Below, one piece after another: positions 48,868-58,954 of a stretch of DNA of 60,921 bases (its first letter is position 1; each line of letters begins with the position of its first letter). This DNA is from Coniocarpon cinnabarinum. Its lineage: Eukaryota. The stretch covers positions 1 through 60,921 of the forward strand of contig JAVECO010000146.1 in the NCBI GenBank assembly GCA_051942205.1. The letters are read 5' to 3'. A model generated the notes under the pieces. It saw only the letters and a program-made list of their open reading frames with translations, was not told the origin of the DNA and searched no databases. The translations under genes were made by a program, and so were the position numbers.

Positions 48868-51866
48868 ATGGAACGGCGACCCCAGAGGAAGATTAGCTAC
48901 ACGCTACCCTTGACCAATAACTGTCCCACTGGACACAGACTCGGCGTCTCTGGACTAAGCTACGATGCTGGCAATGGAATACTGTACAGCGGAGGCAGGG
49001 ATGGGATCATCTTTGCTTGGCACGCTGACCGCAGTGCAGTGGGTAGCGGCGAGGGACATTCCACAGAGTCAGCGACCAAACCCTCATGTGAGGCGTCATC
49101 ACAGGCTCACATGCACTGGATCAACGCTCTGACTTTGGTTCACGACAATGAGGCTGTAGTCTCCGCTTCTTCAGATACCACGGTCAAGATCTGGAGGCCT
49201 TTTGCAGAAGATCGGAGCCCCCCGAGGCTGCTGGGTAATCACACAGACTACGTCAAGGCTCTTGCAACGCCTGGCAGTCAATCCAACTGGGTATTTTCCG
49301 GAGGCCTCGACTACAATGTGCGGCAGTGGGACTTGCACGAAGCAAAAGAACGACTCGCCATCCGTGTTACAGAACCAGGCTCCGTCAAAGGTTCAATATA
49401 CGCACTAGCTGCAACAGAATCAGTTATTGCCAGTGGCGGGCCTGAAAACATTGTCAAGCTCTGGGATCCGCGCTCGGGAAAGCGGATCAGTCAGCTCATT
49501 GGGCACACTGACAACATCAGGGGCATACTGCTGAGTGATGGACGCACATCTGATACGCTGATATCTTGCTCTGCTGATCGGACAGTCAAAGTCTGGTCTT
49601 TGACTGCCGCGAGATGCATGTATAGCCTAGCTATACACAATGATAGCGTATGGAGCTTGTATTCAGACCATCCCGACCTAGACGTCTTTTATTCGGGAGA
49701 TAGATCTGGTATGATCGTGAAGACGGACTCACGAGACAAGCATGATTTGGACGAAGGGTATTCGATTGCTCTTGCCCAAGAGCAGGAAGGTATCAATGCA
49801 CTGGTAGCGGATAGCGGCAACATTTGGGCTGCAACAGCCGCCTCGAACATCAACAGGTGGCGGGATATTAGCAAAGAAGCACGATTTCAAAGCCTTGACG
49901 AGGCCAGAAATCAGTATAGGTCACATGGCTCACGAGCGAAGACCTCTGTCTCATCAGTACCGCCGATTGGGGCTCAGCCTCTTGCGGAAATAGTACCACT
50001 TAACTGTATCTTACGCCTTCCAGAGGTCCCGGGTGGCCTTGCAGACGCGATTCGCAGCAGACTCCGGCACTCTAGCGTATCTCGACGAAGGGCATCGTTG
50101 GTGACCATCGATAATGAAATCGGTCTATTTGCTCCGCTCCGAGCGAAGCCTGAGGAGTCTATTGAAGGCTCGAATGGCCTATTGAGATGCCTTGTCCTCA
50201 ACGATAAACGCCATGTGCTTACTGCAGATAAGACTGGCGAAGTCATCATGTGGAACATTCTGAAATGCGTCCCAATAAAATCATTCGGCAAGCGGCGCAT
50301 AGACGAAGTCTTCGATGCGTCGAATCCTGCAACAAGTGTCCCAACTTGGTTTGAAGCTGACACAAACACAGGCGCCCTGATTTGCACACTTGATCAAGAT
50401 CACTGCTTTCTGGCTGAAGTATATGCAGACGAACTCGAAGAATTCAAGGACATGGAGATCAAAGAAGATCAACGCATCAACCTGGGTGTTTGGGCTTTGA
50501 GATATCTTTTTGATGAATTTATACTGGAGGAACTCAAACGCGATGGAATGTTGAGACGCCAAATACACGAGATGTCTGGCGAAGACTTGAGAACGAAAGT
50601 CGAAGAAGTGTCGCTCAATGGAAAACGCGTGGAGCCTGCCCCGTCGAGTGAATCTCATATGAACAAGCCGTCGCAAGTGCAATCAGAGACGACGGGTTTG
50701 CGCATTGGATTGGCAACACCGCTGACGATACCACAAGCTCCAAATGAAGGAGACCGCACTGCAACAAATGGCAGCAAGGAAAAGCTTGGCGGCGATTACT
50801 TCTCGTCCAAACAAGAGCAAGACACTGAGAACGAGGATAAGGACAAGGACGAGGCTCTCAAGACACCAAGAGCCGAAGTTCCTACTAGTCCCACCGACGC
50901 ATCAGCAGCTGCATCGCCTACTAAGGATAATGGCAGATCTTTCGGTCAGCGCCTGAAGGGCACATTTGCTCCTAAAAAGGGAAAGGGACCCTCAGCTGAA
51001 GAGAGTGTCGCCTCTCAGTCCGAGACTAAAAGCTCCGATCAAGGCCGCTCATCTACGGAGTCGATTGTACCTCAGGATGACACACCTAGCAGCGTGGCTG
51101 ATCTGATAAAGGAAGTCAAAACCGAATACATCAAGCAAAGGGACAGAACGGATACTGCGAGACTGATGCCATTAATGACGCCGGCACTGCCCACGGAAGC
51201 TCCGATACTCAAGCCACCTGCGAATACAGTCGTTCATATACACGAGTATGATACAAGCTCAGGTAGACTAGGTGACCTTTTCAGCGGCTCAGTGGGTCAA
51301 CTTGGAGTTCAAGCTGATAAGCTTGAGTTGGCTACACCGTATTGGCTAGGTACAACGCTTCTGAAGGTAGGTGGAAACGGCTCATCAAACGGAAGATCAA
51401 GCACTAACCCTTTTAGAATACCACTCCTCAACAAGACGTTAGCAAGATATCCTTTCTATTGCAGCCGCATGATCAGTTGCTTGCTAACGTGACAGCCGAC
51501 AATGGGTAAGAACCCGTCATTCGGGTCTGTCCTAAGCCATTGCTGACTTTCATGTAGCAAGGAACGTCTGAATGCCAACCGCCTTCTCCGAGCTCGCAAA
51601 ATTCTCGGCTATGTAATTGAACATCTTGATGCAAGAAGCGTTCCGCAAGGAATAGACGCGAACAAGCCGGAGGAGGCTCTTGAGCTATATTGTCAAGGAC
51701 AGGTAAGTGTTTACCCGTAAAGTGACGGGCAAGCCATGCTCATATAATACAGCCCATCCATCCCAAGTCAACATTGATGAACATTCGTACATACATATGG
51801 CGGTCTGGTGGCGACGTGATTCTGACCTACAAGCCAAAGTGGGCAGTGGGAGAATCTCTGGAGTGA
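48868..51866 (+). CDS. WDR48: WD40-repeat deubiquitinase activator, WDR48/UAF1/Duf1 family
   Basis: Exons are 48868-51366, 51417-51505, 51558-51702 and 51753-51866. It has WD repeats ([27 protein letters not shown]), [14 protein letters not shown] and a C-terminal [14 protein letters not shown]...ELYCQGQ...[12 protein letters not shown]. Confidence 0.92.
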
Positions 51867-51982
51867 GGCCGTCGGGCTCCAGCTCCCCCCATATGCATTG
51901 TCGTTCATCGTTTACCCTTCCCCATTTGGGGTTACGTCAGCCGACATGAATCGAGTGGGCGTATGTCCGCAGAGCGACCAAT

Positions 51983-52919
51983 CTACACCACAGAGCTCAG
52001 AGTATTACTGGCCCATTGGTAGCTTCCGAGAAATATGGCGCCGCCTGCGGAGATCCAGCCAATCCTGGGAATAATCCCACCAAGGAAAGCTCGAGACCCT
52101 TCAACACGCCATATCGTTTTGCTTAAGGAACCGAGGCTTACTCGCTCGGTCGACAACATCATTCTGGTCTTCAGTACGTCCAATGGCGTCGTCACAGCAG
52201 CCGCAACCCCTCCGCTGACGCAACCAAAGATGGCACTCTCAGTCGCTGTGGCTTCCACGGTATGACGCCGTCGACACTGCCACTTCTTCATAGCTTCCCA
52301 CAACGGGAACTGAATTATGGTGAAGGGAACCTCGCGAAAGATGGTAATCGCCCAACCACGATATAGCTGGCTCCACATGGCGCCGAAGCCATTGCTTTCA
52401 CGCAGTGACAGTATGTAGCGGAATGCGGCCAGACTCGAGGGATGCTGCGAAGCCTGAGCGCGCTGCTTCACCACTTCCGTGGGCACGCGCACAGCGCATG
52501 CAGCAACCTCGCCGATGCTTGCAGCTGCCATATGTATGGCGCTGTCCCGTAGATATTCATCTCTTCCTCGTGTTGAGCGCCATGTCTTGTTTAGATATGA
52601 CTTCGTTCCCTCGTATGTGACGAAGAAAAGCGCCGCGCCTGGCGCAGAGCCAACGACTGCACTGCCGACACCCTTGTAGATGCCGGAGAAGCCGCCGGAT
52701 GCGGCGAAGCCAGAGGAGGCCTGAAGGCGTGTCTTGAGGGTATCGATTGGGTAGAGAGATAGGTCGACGGTCGTTCCTGCAAGTCCGCCTGCCTGCGAGA
52801 CACGATGCGAGTTAGCATGCAATGTTAGATCATCGATGACGGTTGTTTAGCCATGGTTATGAACTGACAAGCAACGATCGTGTGAACGAAGATTCTCGAC
52901 CCGCTTCGGCATCATGCAT
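51983..52919 (-). CDS. SAM5: Mitochondrial S-adenosylmethionine carrier (Pet8/Sam5)
   Basis: Exons are 52919-52869 and 52792-51983. The three carrier signatures are PIDTLKTRLQ, PTEVVKQRAQ and PLDVLKTRMM; GSAPGAALFF and REVPFTIIQFPLWE are also present. Confidence 0.92.
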
Positions 52920-53239
52920 TACATCTTGCAGCTTGAATACCAAGTTGAAAATGATAGAGTCATAATTATTAATTCTTCAGAGCATTGCCTTGGTTACTAT
53001 TGTCAGCGTATATCAAATGGCCGGATGCGGCAATTGGTCCCCTCTACCTGCGCTCACCGCTCTTAGTACTCAGGACACCTTTAGCTTTACTATTTGCCTC
53101 GACAGAAGGCATAAATCGTGCCTAATTGAATCATACATTTTTAAGAAACAATCATTGTTTTATCAAATCTTGGCCCCTGTGGAAAGACTCTATGCTAGTA
53201 CTGTCTGGGAAGGCAGACTGTGATACGCCGCTCTCACCA

Positions 53240-53735
53240 CTTGGATGGCAAACCGACGCAAATGTCAAAACATGATTAATGAGCCACTGATGCTGTAAGG
53301 GTAAAAACCTAGTTTGGGAGTCCACAAAGCGCCTAATTGGCGAGCCAGACCGAGACAAGGACACGAGACAGGTTTCCAAGCATTCAATCTGCGAGCCAGG
53401 CCTTCCCGTTGAAGACCCAAGGAAGGTGTCAACGCGATGACCAGTCCACGAGCTGGACCATGAGGCCGAAGACGACAGCTGAAAGTCTAAGAAAACGATC
53501 CATTTGCGATCCAGACAATGAGGATATGGATACGAGGTAGGTTTCTGCGCATCCAATCTACAAGCTAAACTATAGGGGCGAAGACCCAAGGTGCGTGTCT
53601 TAAAATTGATCATTCTGCGAGCGACATCAAGGGGTGAGATAAGGGAGTCATACTGCCCAAAAACGATCAAATTGCGAGTGAGAGCATGATGGCGCGAGAC
53701 TCGTTAAGGTCCCGGCGTCGCTAGTCGCAAAAGAC
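53240..53735 (+). repeat. Degenerate tandem array A, 7-8 units of 51-58 bp
   Basis: The core (GAT)CAATCTGCGAGCCAG-like motif recurs with CGAGC-type anchors at 53341, 53392, 53449, 53507, 53561, 53618 and 53675. Several units also share GAAGAC and AGG...GTGTC/GTTTC. Confidence 0.8.
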
Positions 53736-53922
53736 CCATCGAAGGCAATGTTTCTAGCAACGTGGCTTTCCGACATCTAGCTTCTTAACACTCAAAGTAC
53801 TCACTGCGCTTTGTATGTCCGTAAATAAATTTTCTATCTCTCCTTCCATCAAACTTGTTAAGGTTTTCTCACGTCTTCTCTTCATTACAGTCGTGTGACT
53901 GGATCGATTAGATAAAATCACC

Positions 53923-54404
53923 ATGGCTCCCGAGGCGGGACTAGATCAACACGTCTTCCATCACGAACATATTGCCGGCTACCACGAGGTAAAGTACCAC
54001 AGCGACGGGGTAGAGTTTGTAGATTTTGTTTGCTTCACTCAGGAGCAATCGAGAGAGACTGCACAAACCGCACTCGAGGGCCTGGCCCATGAATGGTACG
54101 CTCGTTCGCAACCATTTCTGGACAGAGAGGGATGGCCAAGACCTACGTCAGACTCACGCATCTTGGTGAAGTTGTTGTGAGTTTTACCCTCGCAGGAACA
54201 CACAACCCTTGTTCTTGGACAATAAAAGTGAAGTCCGACTTCATATACAAATGGCTTGCTAAAATATAGGACAGAGTTGTCACGTATTATCCTGAGACAG
54301 ATGGGAAAGTAACATGCGGTCTCGATCTTGAATATTATCATGAGAAGTACCGATTGGGAGAACATCTTCGACCGATGAAGCATCACTACTCGGTAGAATT
54401 CTGA
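53923..54404 (+). CDS. Orphan small protein, paralog A (about 127 aa)
   Basis: Exon 1 is 53923-54176 with a GTGAGT donor. Exon 2 is 54275-54404; it uses the CAG at 54272-54274 because the nearer TAG gives the wrong frame. Exon 1 aligns with paralog B at 28/88 identities (manual count) with the intron at the same codon. Confidence 0.72.
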
Positions 54405-54536
54405 GCAAACAATATAGCACCATCACTACAATAGAATGTCCGGCGGCCGGGGTGCGCCTACTAGCAATCGTTTCCTCACGTTTATCATCCTTCATTTTTC
54501 CTCTTCCCCTCCTCCCCACGCATCGTCCATCCTAGA

Positions 54537-55081
54537 ATGAAACAGCTCTTCTAGCGCTATTGATGTAAACACCTTGTTTAACGATCGGGTGACTATCGCA
54601 AAAGTTATTGATCTGTTAACGACGAGGTAAAAGCTACATTGCGCAGGACTTGACAGTGACTGCAGAAGACGCCCTCAAGTCCGTTAACCGCAGATGGTAC
54701 GAGCAGGTGCAATCAGAACTAGAACGCAAGGTGTGGTTACATGCTTCATTAGATGTAACCGTCACCGCAAAAATGACTTGAGCTTCTTATTCTTGAGGAC
54801 AGAGGACATGTCCTCAGACAAGAAAGATGTACCTCGGGTCCACAGGCGTACAGCGTGCTGACCTGTACAATCGATCTTGTCTATTGTACCCTCGGGAACT
54901 GCAGAGTGCCCAACAATACGGTGTAGGGTGCACATCAGAATACACTCGACACTGTGAGGCCTACCTCAAAATTAGTCGGCAAGACCATTGGCTGCCGGAT
55001 CATCTGAGAAGCGCGGAGGTCCAAGTTTCTCTTGAAGAGGCATGGCCTGAGTTGGTACCGGACACGCAGCAGTCACCATGA
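54537..55081 (+). pseudogene. Orphan small protein, paralog C (decayed)
   Basis: 54644-54778 encodes QDLTVTAEDALKSVNRRWYEQVQSELERKVW...VTAK, homologous to exon 1 of A and B. The 54827-55081 frame contains C...L........L.DHLR......SLE, which aligns ungapped with exon 2 of A. There is an early stop at 54552, a frameshift, and the donor is changed to TTGAGC at 54778. Confidence 0.72.
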
Positions 55082-55649
55082 ATATGGACGGAGCTTTGGC
55101 CAAGCATCTGTATAGCATCGAAGCACAAAGCCAACTAGCGGGAGCCGGCGTAGTGGTTGAAGGCGGCCAATGAACGTTTGGGTACCTGCAGAACGTCACG
55201 ATCCAGGAGTGTTCAGCTCATCCATAAACGCAAATGATGGTTTACATTGGGCGGTAGGGAACCTTCTCTTGCGTTCGATAAATGAAACTCGGCCGAGCTG
55301 AAACAAGGGCTCAAATTCCATTAAGAGTGTGATCTCGGGTTTTGCAAGCATGCCGAGAATTGTGTGGTCAAGGATATAGACAAATGCAGCAGTTGTTCCT
55401 CCGCACAGGTACGTAATTTGGACTCATGCGAATAGTGTTCAGAACACCTATTGTTATCTTGTTGAGAGCACTCTTGGTCTTGGGAATTTTTCACAGCTGA
55501 AAAACGTTGGGTTGTTACTATTTCAGTCAAGCCACTTATCAAGATACGTTCGATGTTCCGTCAAATCCTGGCCCTTGAAAACCGAGAACACGTATGCCAA
55601 CACCATGTGGCACGGGCAGACACATGTGGTACTTCACTTGCTTCGCCTT

Positions 55650-55980
55650 AGTTAGGTAGAAACCTGCCCAAGACGAATGTCCAAAGTTAATCTATCTGCG
55701 AGTGGAACCATAAGTGCGAAGGCCCGGGTCGGTGTCCAAACAAAGTTCAATCTGCGAGCCAGAGCGTGAAGGCAGAGACCTGAGGTAGGTGTTCAATAAC
55801 TGATCAACCTGGGAGCCAGGCAGTGTGAAGACACGAGCCACGTTTCCAAGCGATCGACCCGCAAGCTAGACCGTAAGACCGAAGATAGGAGCCAGGCTTA
55901 GAGGAAAGCGATTAAATTGCGAGCGAGAGCGTAGTGGCGAGGAACCTCTCTCAGTCTCCGCTTTGCTAAACATAAAAGTC
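55650..55980 (+). repeat. Degenerate tandem array B, 5 units of 50-58 bp, homologous to array A
   Basis: Anchors are at 55699, 55755, 55812, 55862 and 55920. It ends in the same terminal unit as array A (AAATTGCGAGYGAGAGCRTRRTGGCG). Confidence 0.8.
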
Positions 55981-56175
55981 AAGTCAAAGCCTAAGTGCCT
56001 AATTAACGACGTGACTCTACGACTTTTGATTGCTAAGTATTTAGATTACTCTACGGCGCCTTGTTAGTCTCCAAACAAATAAGCTTCCTGGCTATTCTAA
56101 TTCCACTTGCTAAACCTTTCTCGCCGCTTCCCTTTATTGCAGGCGTGTTACAGGATCAATCAACCGTAAAGAAGC

Positions 56176-56694
56176 ATGACTCAAGAGCCGCATTTCGAAG
56201 AACATCACTTCCCCGACAAAAACGTTCCTGGCTTACACCAAGAGGAAAAGCTGGGACCTGAAGACTCCCCTAAAAATGCAAAACTTATGTGCTACACTAG
56301 TAGCCACTCAAAAGAATATGCGAAACACGCACTCAAGAACCTTCTTTCCACGCAATGGGAAGACAAGGCGCAACTGATCCTAACCCAGATAGGATGGGAA
56401 CTTGATAAGTCTGATTCACGTATCACGGCGCAGCTGTTGTGAGTTTCTTACTCGCGCGTACATATTAGAGTATATCTCGATCCGACATGCATACAGCTTA
56501 CTGATCTATCCGATAGAAACTACAGGTCTTTCCCCAGGGTGCAAATAGGCAGCCAACGTGGAAGCGGGAAGAAGGAATGGCTCAGAAAAACGGTTCTCGA
56601 AATTCGCTTTACTCGCGAAGTTGACTTGAGCCCCGCCTGTCTCCGAGACGTCAAGCATTCATTGGAATTTGATCAAACGTGGTGGGAGACGTAA
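56176..56694 (+). CDS. Orphan small protein, paralog B (146 aa)
   Basis: Exon 1 is 56176-56438, the intron is 56439-56516 (GTGAGT...CTGAT...TAG), and exon 2 is 56517-56694 ending CLRDVKHSLEFDQTWWET*. Confidence 0.78.
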
Positions 56695-57072
56695 GAGCCG
56701 CGAGTGAAGTCGATCAAGCTTTTGTGAAGCAAAGCGTGATGATCTTGTAGTGTTTGGCTCAGCCAGTGGCTCAATACATTCTTTACGCTTAGAAAAGGCG
56801 AATGCGCTCTTCGTAGACCGGAGTAGCCACCTGTCTTCACACAGCTCCCTGCTGAGTCGGCTTTCGAGTGCTTGGCGTTATTCGTGCTCTAAATGTCGAT
56901 GAAGGTAGCATTGTTGCATCCCTCCTGCCCTCACAGATGCCACTCGGCCGAGCCGGGACAAGGGTCCAGTCTGGGCTAACACGTTTGGACGACATTTATT
57001 AGAGTTCACGCAATGCGTCTATGACTTCTGCGCTTGAATTGAGGTCAGTCACTAGTGACCGTCGATGGCTGT

Positions 57073-58896
57073 ATGCCTGCCGTTGGCGTCGAGCAATTTG
57101 CTGCTGCTTTCTCAAGGGTATGGCAGCCCCGTCGATGTCCGCGCCATGGCCTGCAGAAACTCGGTATGACAACATCCTTCAAAGAGCAAACAGCTGTAGA
57201 CGACTAACGCTTTCGAGGGCTCGCCGTCAGTGGCGGCTCCGACTCTATGGCGTTGGCATACCTCTGCTCTCAGCTCCAAAGCTTGAACGATGAACACGCG
57301 GGAAAAACAGATACAATCAAGCAGCTTCCTAAATTACATTTTAAAGGATTCGTTGTCGACCACCGGGCACGAGAAGGCAGCGCGAGGGAAGCAGAGATCA
57401 CGAAAAAGTATTTACAACAGCTTGGTGAACACTTTTGAATGGCTTTCGTGGCTCCACGATGAAAGTGTCTCATGTAGCTTACATGAGCAGGCATTGATGG
57501 CGAAGTTCTCACTCTGAATCCGGTCGACTCGAAGCAACGTCTTGACCCCCAAGGACGCGATTTCGAGTCTCAGGCACGAAGACTCCGATACGAGGCTATC
57601 GGTCGTGCTTGCAAGCGCGACGGTATCGACTCTCTTCTGCTCGGGCACCACGCGGATGATCAGGCCGAGACTGTCTTATCGCGCATTGGAAATGGCTACA
57701 CGGGATTGGGACTCGTTGGGATCAAGAACGCAGGGAGAATACCTGAGTGTCGTGATGTCGCGGGAGTCGGTGAATTCATGGATACAGAAGACAGCGACAA
57801 TCGAACCGAGCTGATGTGTGCTTTGAAAATGCAGCATCGCGCTTTTTGGACTGCACGAGACCCTGAGACACAGCACAAAGGCTTCCAGGAATCGGACCAT
57901 GACAAAACGAGTCTGCTGATAAAACACGCCTTGGTCGGTGTCAAAATTCATCGTCCGTTCTTAGATTTCTACAAAGAAAACCTGGTGCAGACTTGCACGG
58001 AGAATAACATTCCATGGGTTGAAGATGATACCAATCTTGACCGTACAAAGACTGTGCGAAACACAGTCAGATATTTATTTCAAAAGGACAGTCTGCCGCA
58101 AGCGCTCCAAAGGGAGCGACTACTGCTAGCGAGAAACCGGGTGTCGCACGTTTCGACCCTCAGGCAAGAAGCTGTGCGAAGTCTGAGAGAAAAGTTTGAA
58201 TCAATCTCCTTCGATACGAGCACCGGCGTACTGAGTTTTCGATTTCGAACTGTGAATCTCGAAGATCTTCTTCGTCCCAGTCAGTTAGGCGGATCTGCGG
58301 CCCTCGGGAGCCAGAAGCACGAGATCGCTGCTTTCAAACATCTTGCTCTTCCGGTCGCACGCGAGAGCTTGGCCGACGTGGAACTTGATGAAAAGTTCTT
58401 GGCCCATCTGCTATCTATTCGGACAGAAGGCCATCAGTTCCTCACGAGAAGCCTCATCTGGAAGCTCTTGAAGGCAGAAGGAAATGGCACGTATACATGG
58501 TGCATTTTGCGACAACGTCCGCGCCGTGCAGCACATCTTGCGCCCATTTGCATTTGGAACCTGTTCGCTGACTCCCAAGACAATCGCGAAGGCACCTGGT
58601 ATCTCTGGGACAAACGCTATTGGATTGGGTTGAGGGCCAGGCAAGAAATTCACATTCGATGTCGGGCATCACAGCCTGACGATATCCAGAAAGTGAGAGA
58701 AACTTCGGATTCTGCATTCTACGCAAATCTCAAGCGACGCTTAGGAGGCCTTGTGCCAGTCGAGGCCCGTGATAATCTTCCTGTCCTGGTCGATGTGAAG
58801 TCCAACGCCGTGCTGGCGTTTCCTTCGCTAAAACTTGAGAGTGCAGCGTCTCGCGCCCTTTTCGAGTATGATGTGAGATACAAAGCCATCGATTGA
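57073..58896 (+). CDS. tilS: PP-loop ATPase, tRNA(Ile)-lysidine synthase (TilS/MesJ)-like, probably mitochondrial
   Basis: Exons are 57073-57163, 57218-57424 and 57491-58896. Motifs are LGLAVSGGSDSMAL, VDH.AR.GS..EA, E..ARRLRY, GHHADDQAET, RPFL and WVEDDTN...TVRN.VR. Confidence 0.88.
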
Positions 58897-58954
58897 GCCT
58901 TGCACGAAGCGGAGGGATATACTTAGTTCCAACACAACAATACAAGGACTACTT

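Noticed and set aside
53152..53670. 172-aa minus-strand ORF (and the 67-aa plus-strand ORF at 53337) over array A as a repeat protein
   Set aside because: Unit lengths of 58, 50 and 56 bp break the frame, the repeat frame on the plus strand has stops, and array B has no matching ORF.
53240..55980. CRISPR-like reading of the ~55-bp arrays (conserved core plus variable spacer)
   Set aside because: The cores are degenerate rather than near-identical, the 'spacers' are homologous to each other, there are no cas-like genes, and the context is eukaryotic.
55287..56990. Helitron 3' end (hairpin plus CTRR) at the downstream palindromes
   Set aside because: The palindrome has no loop, no shared CTRR terminus follows both copies, and there is no Rep/helicase gene in the window.
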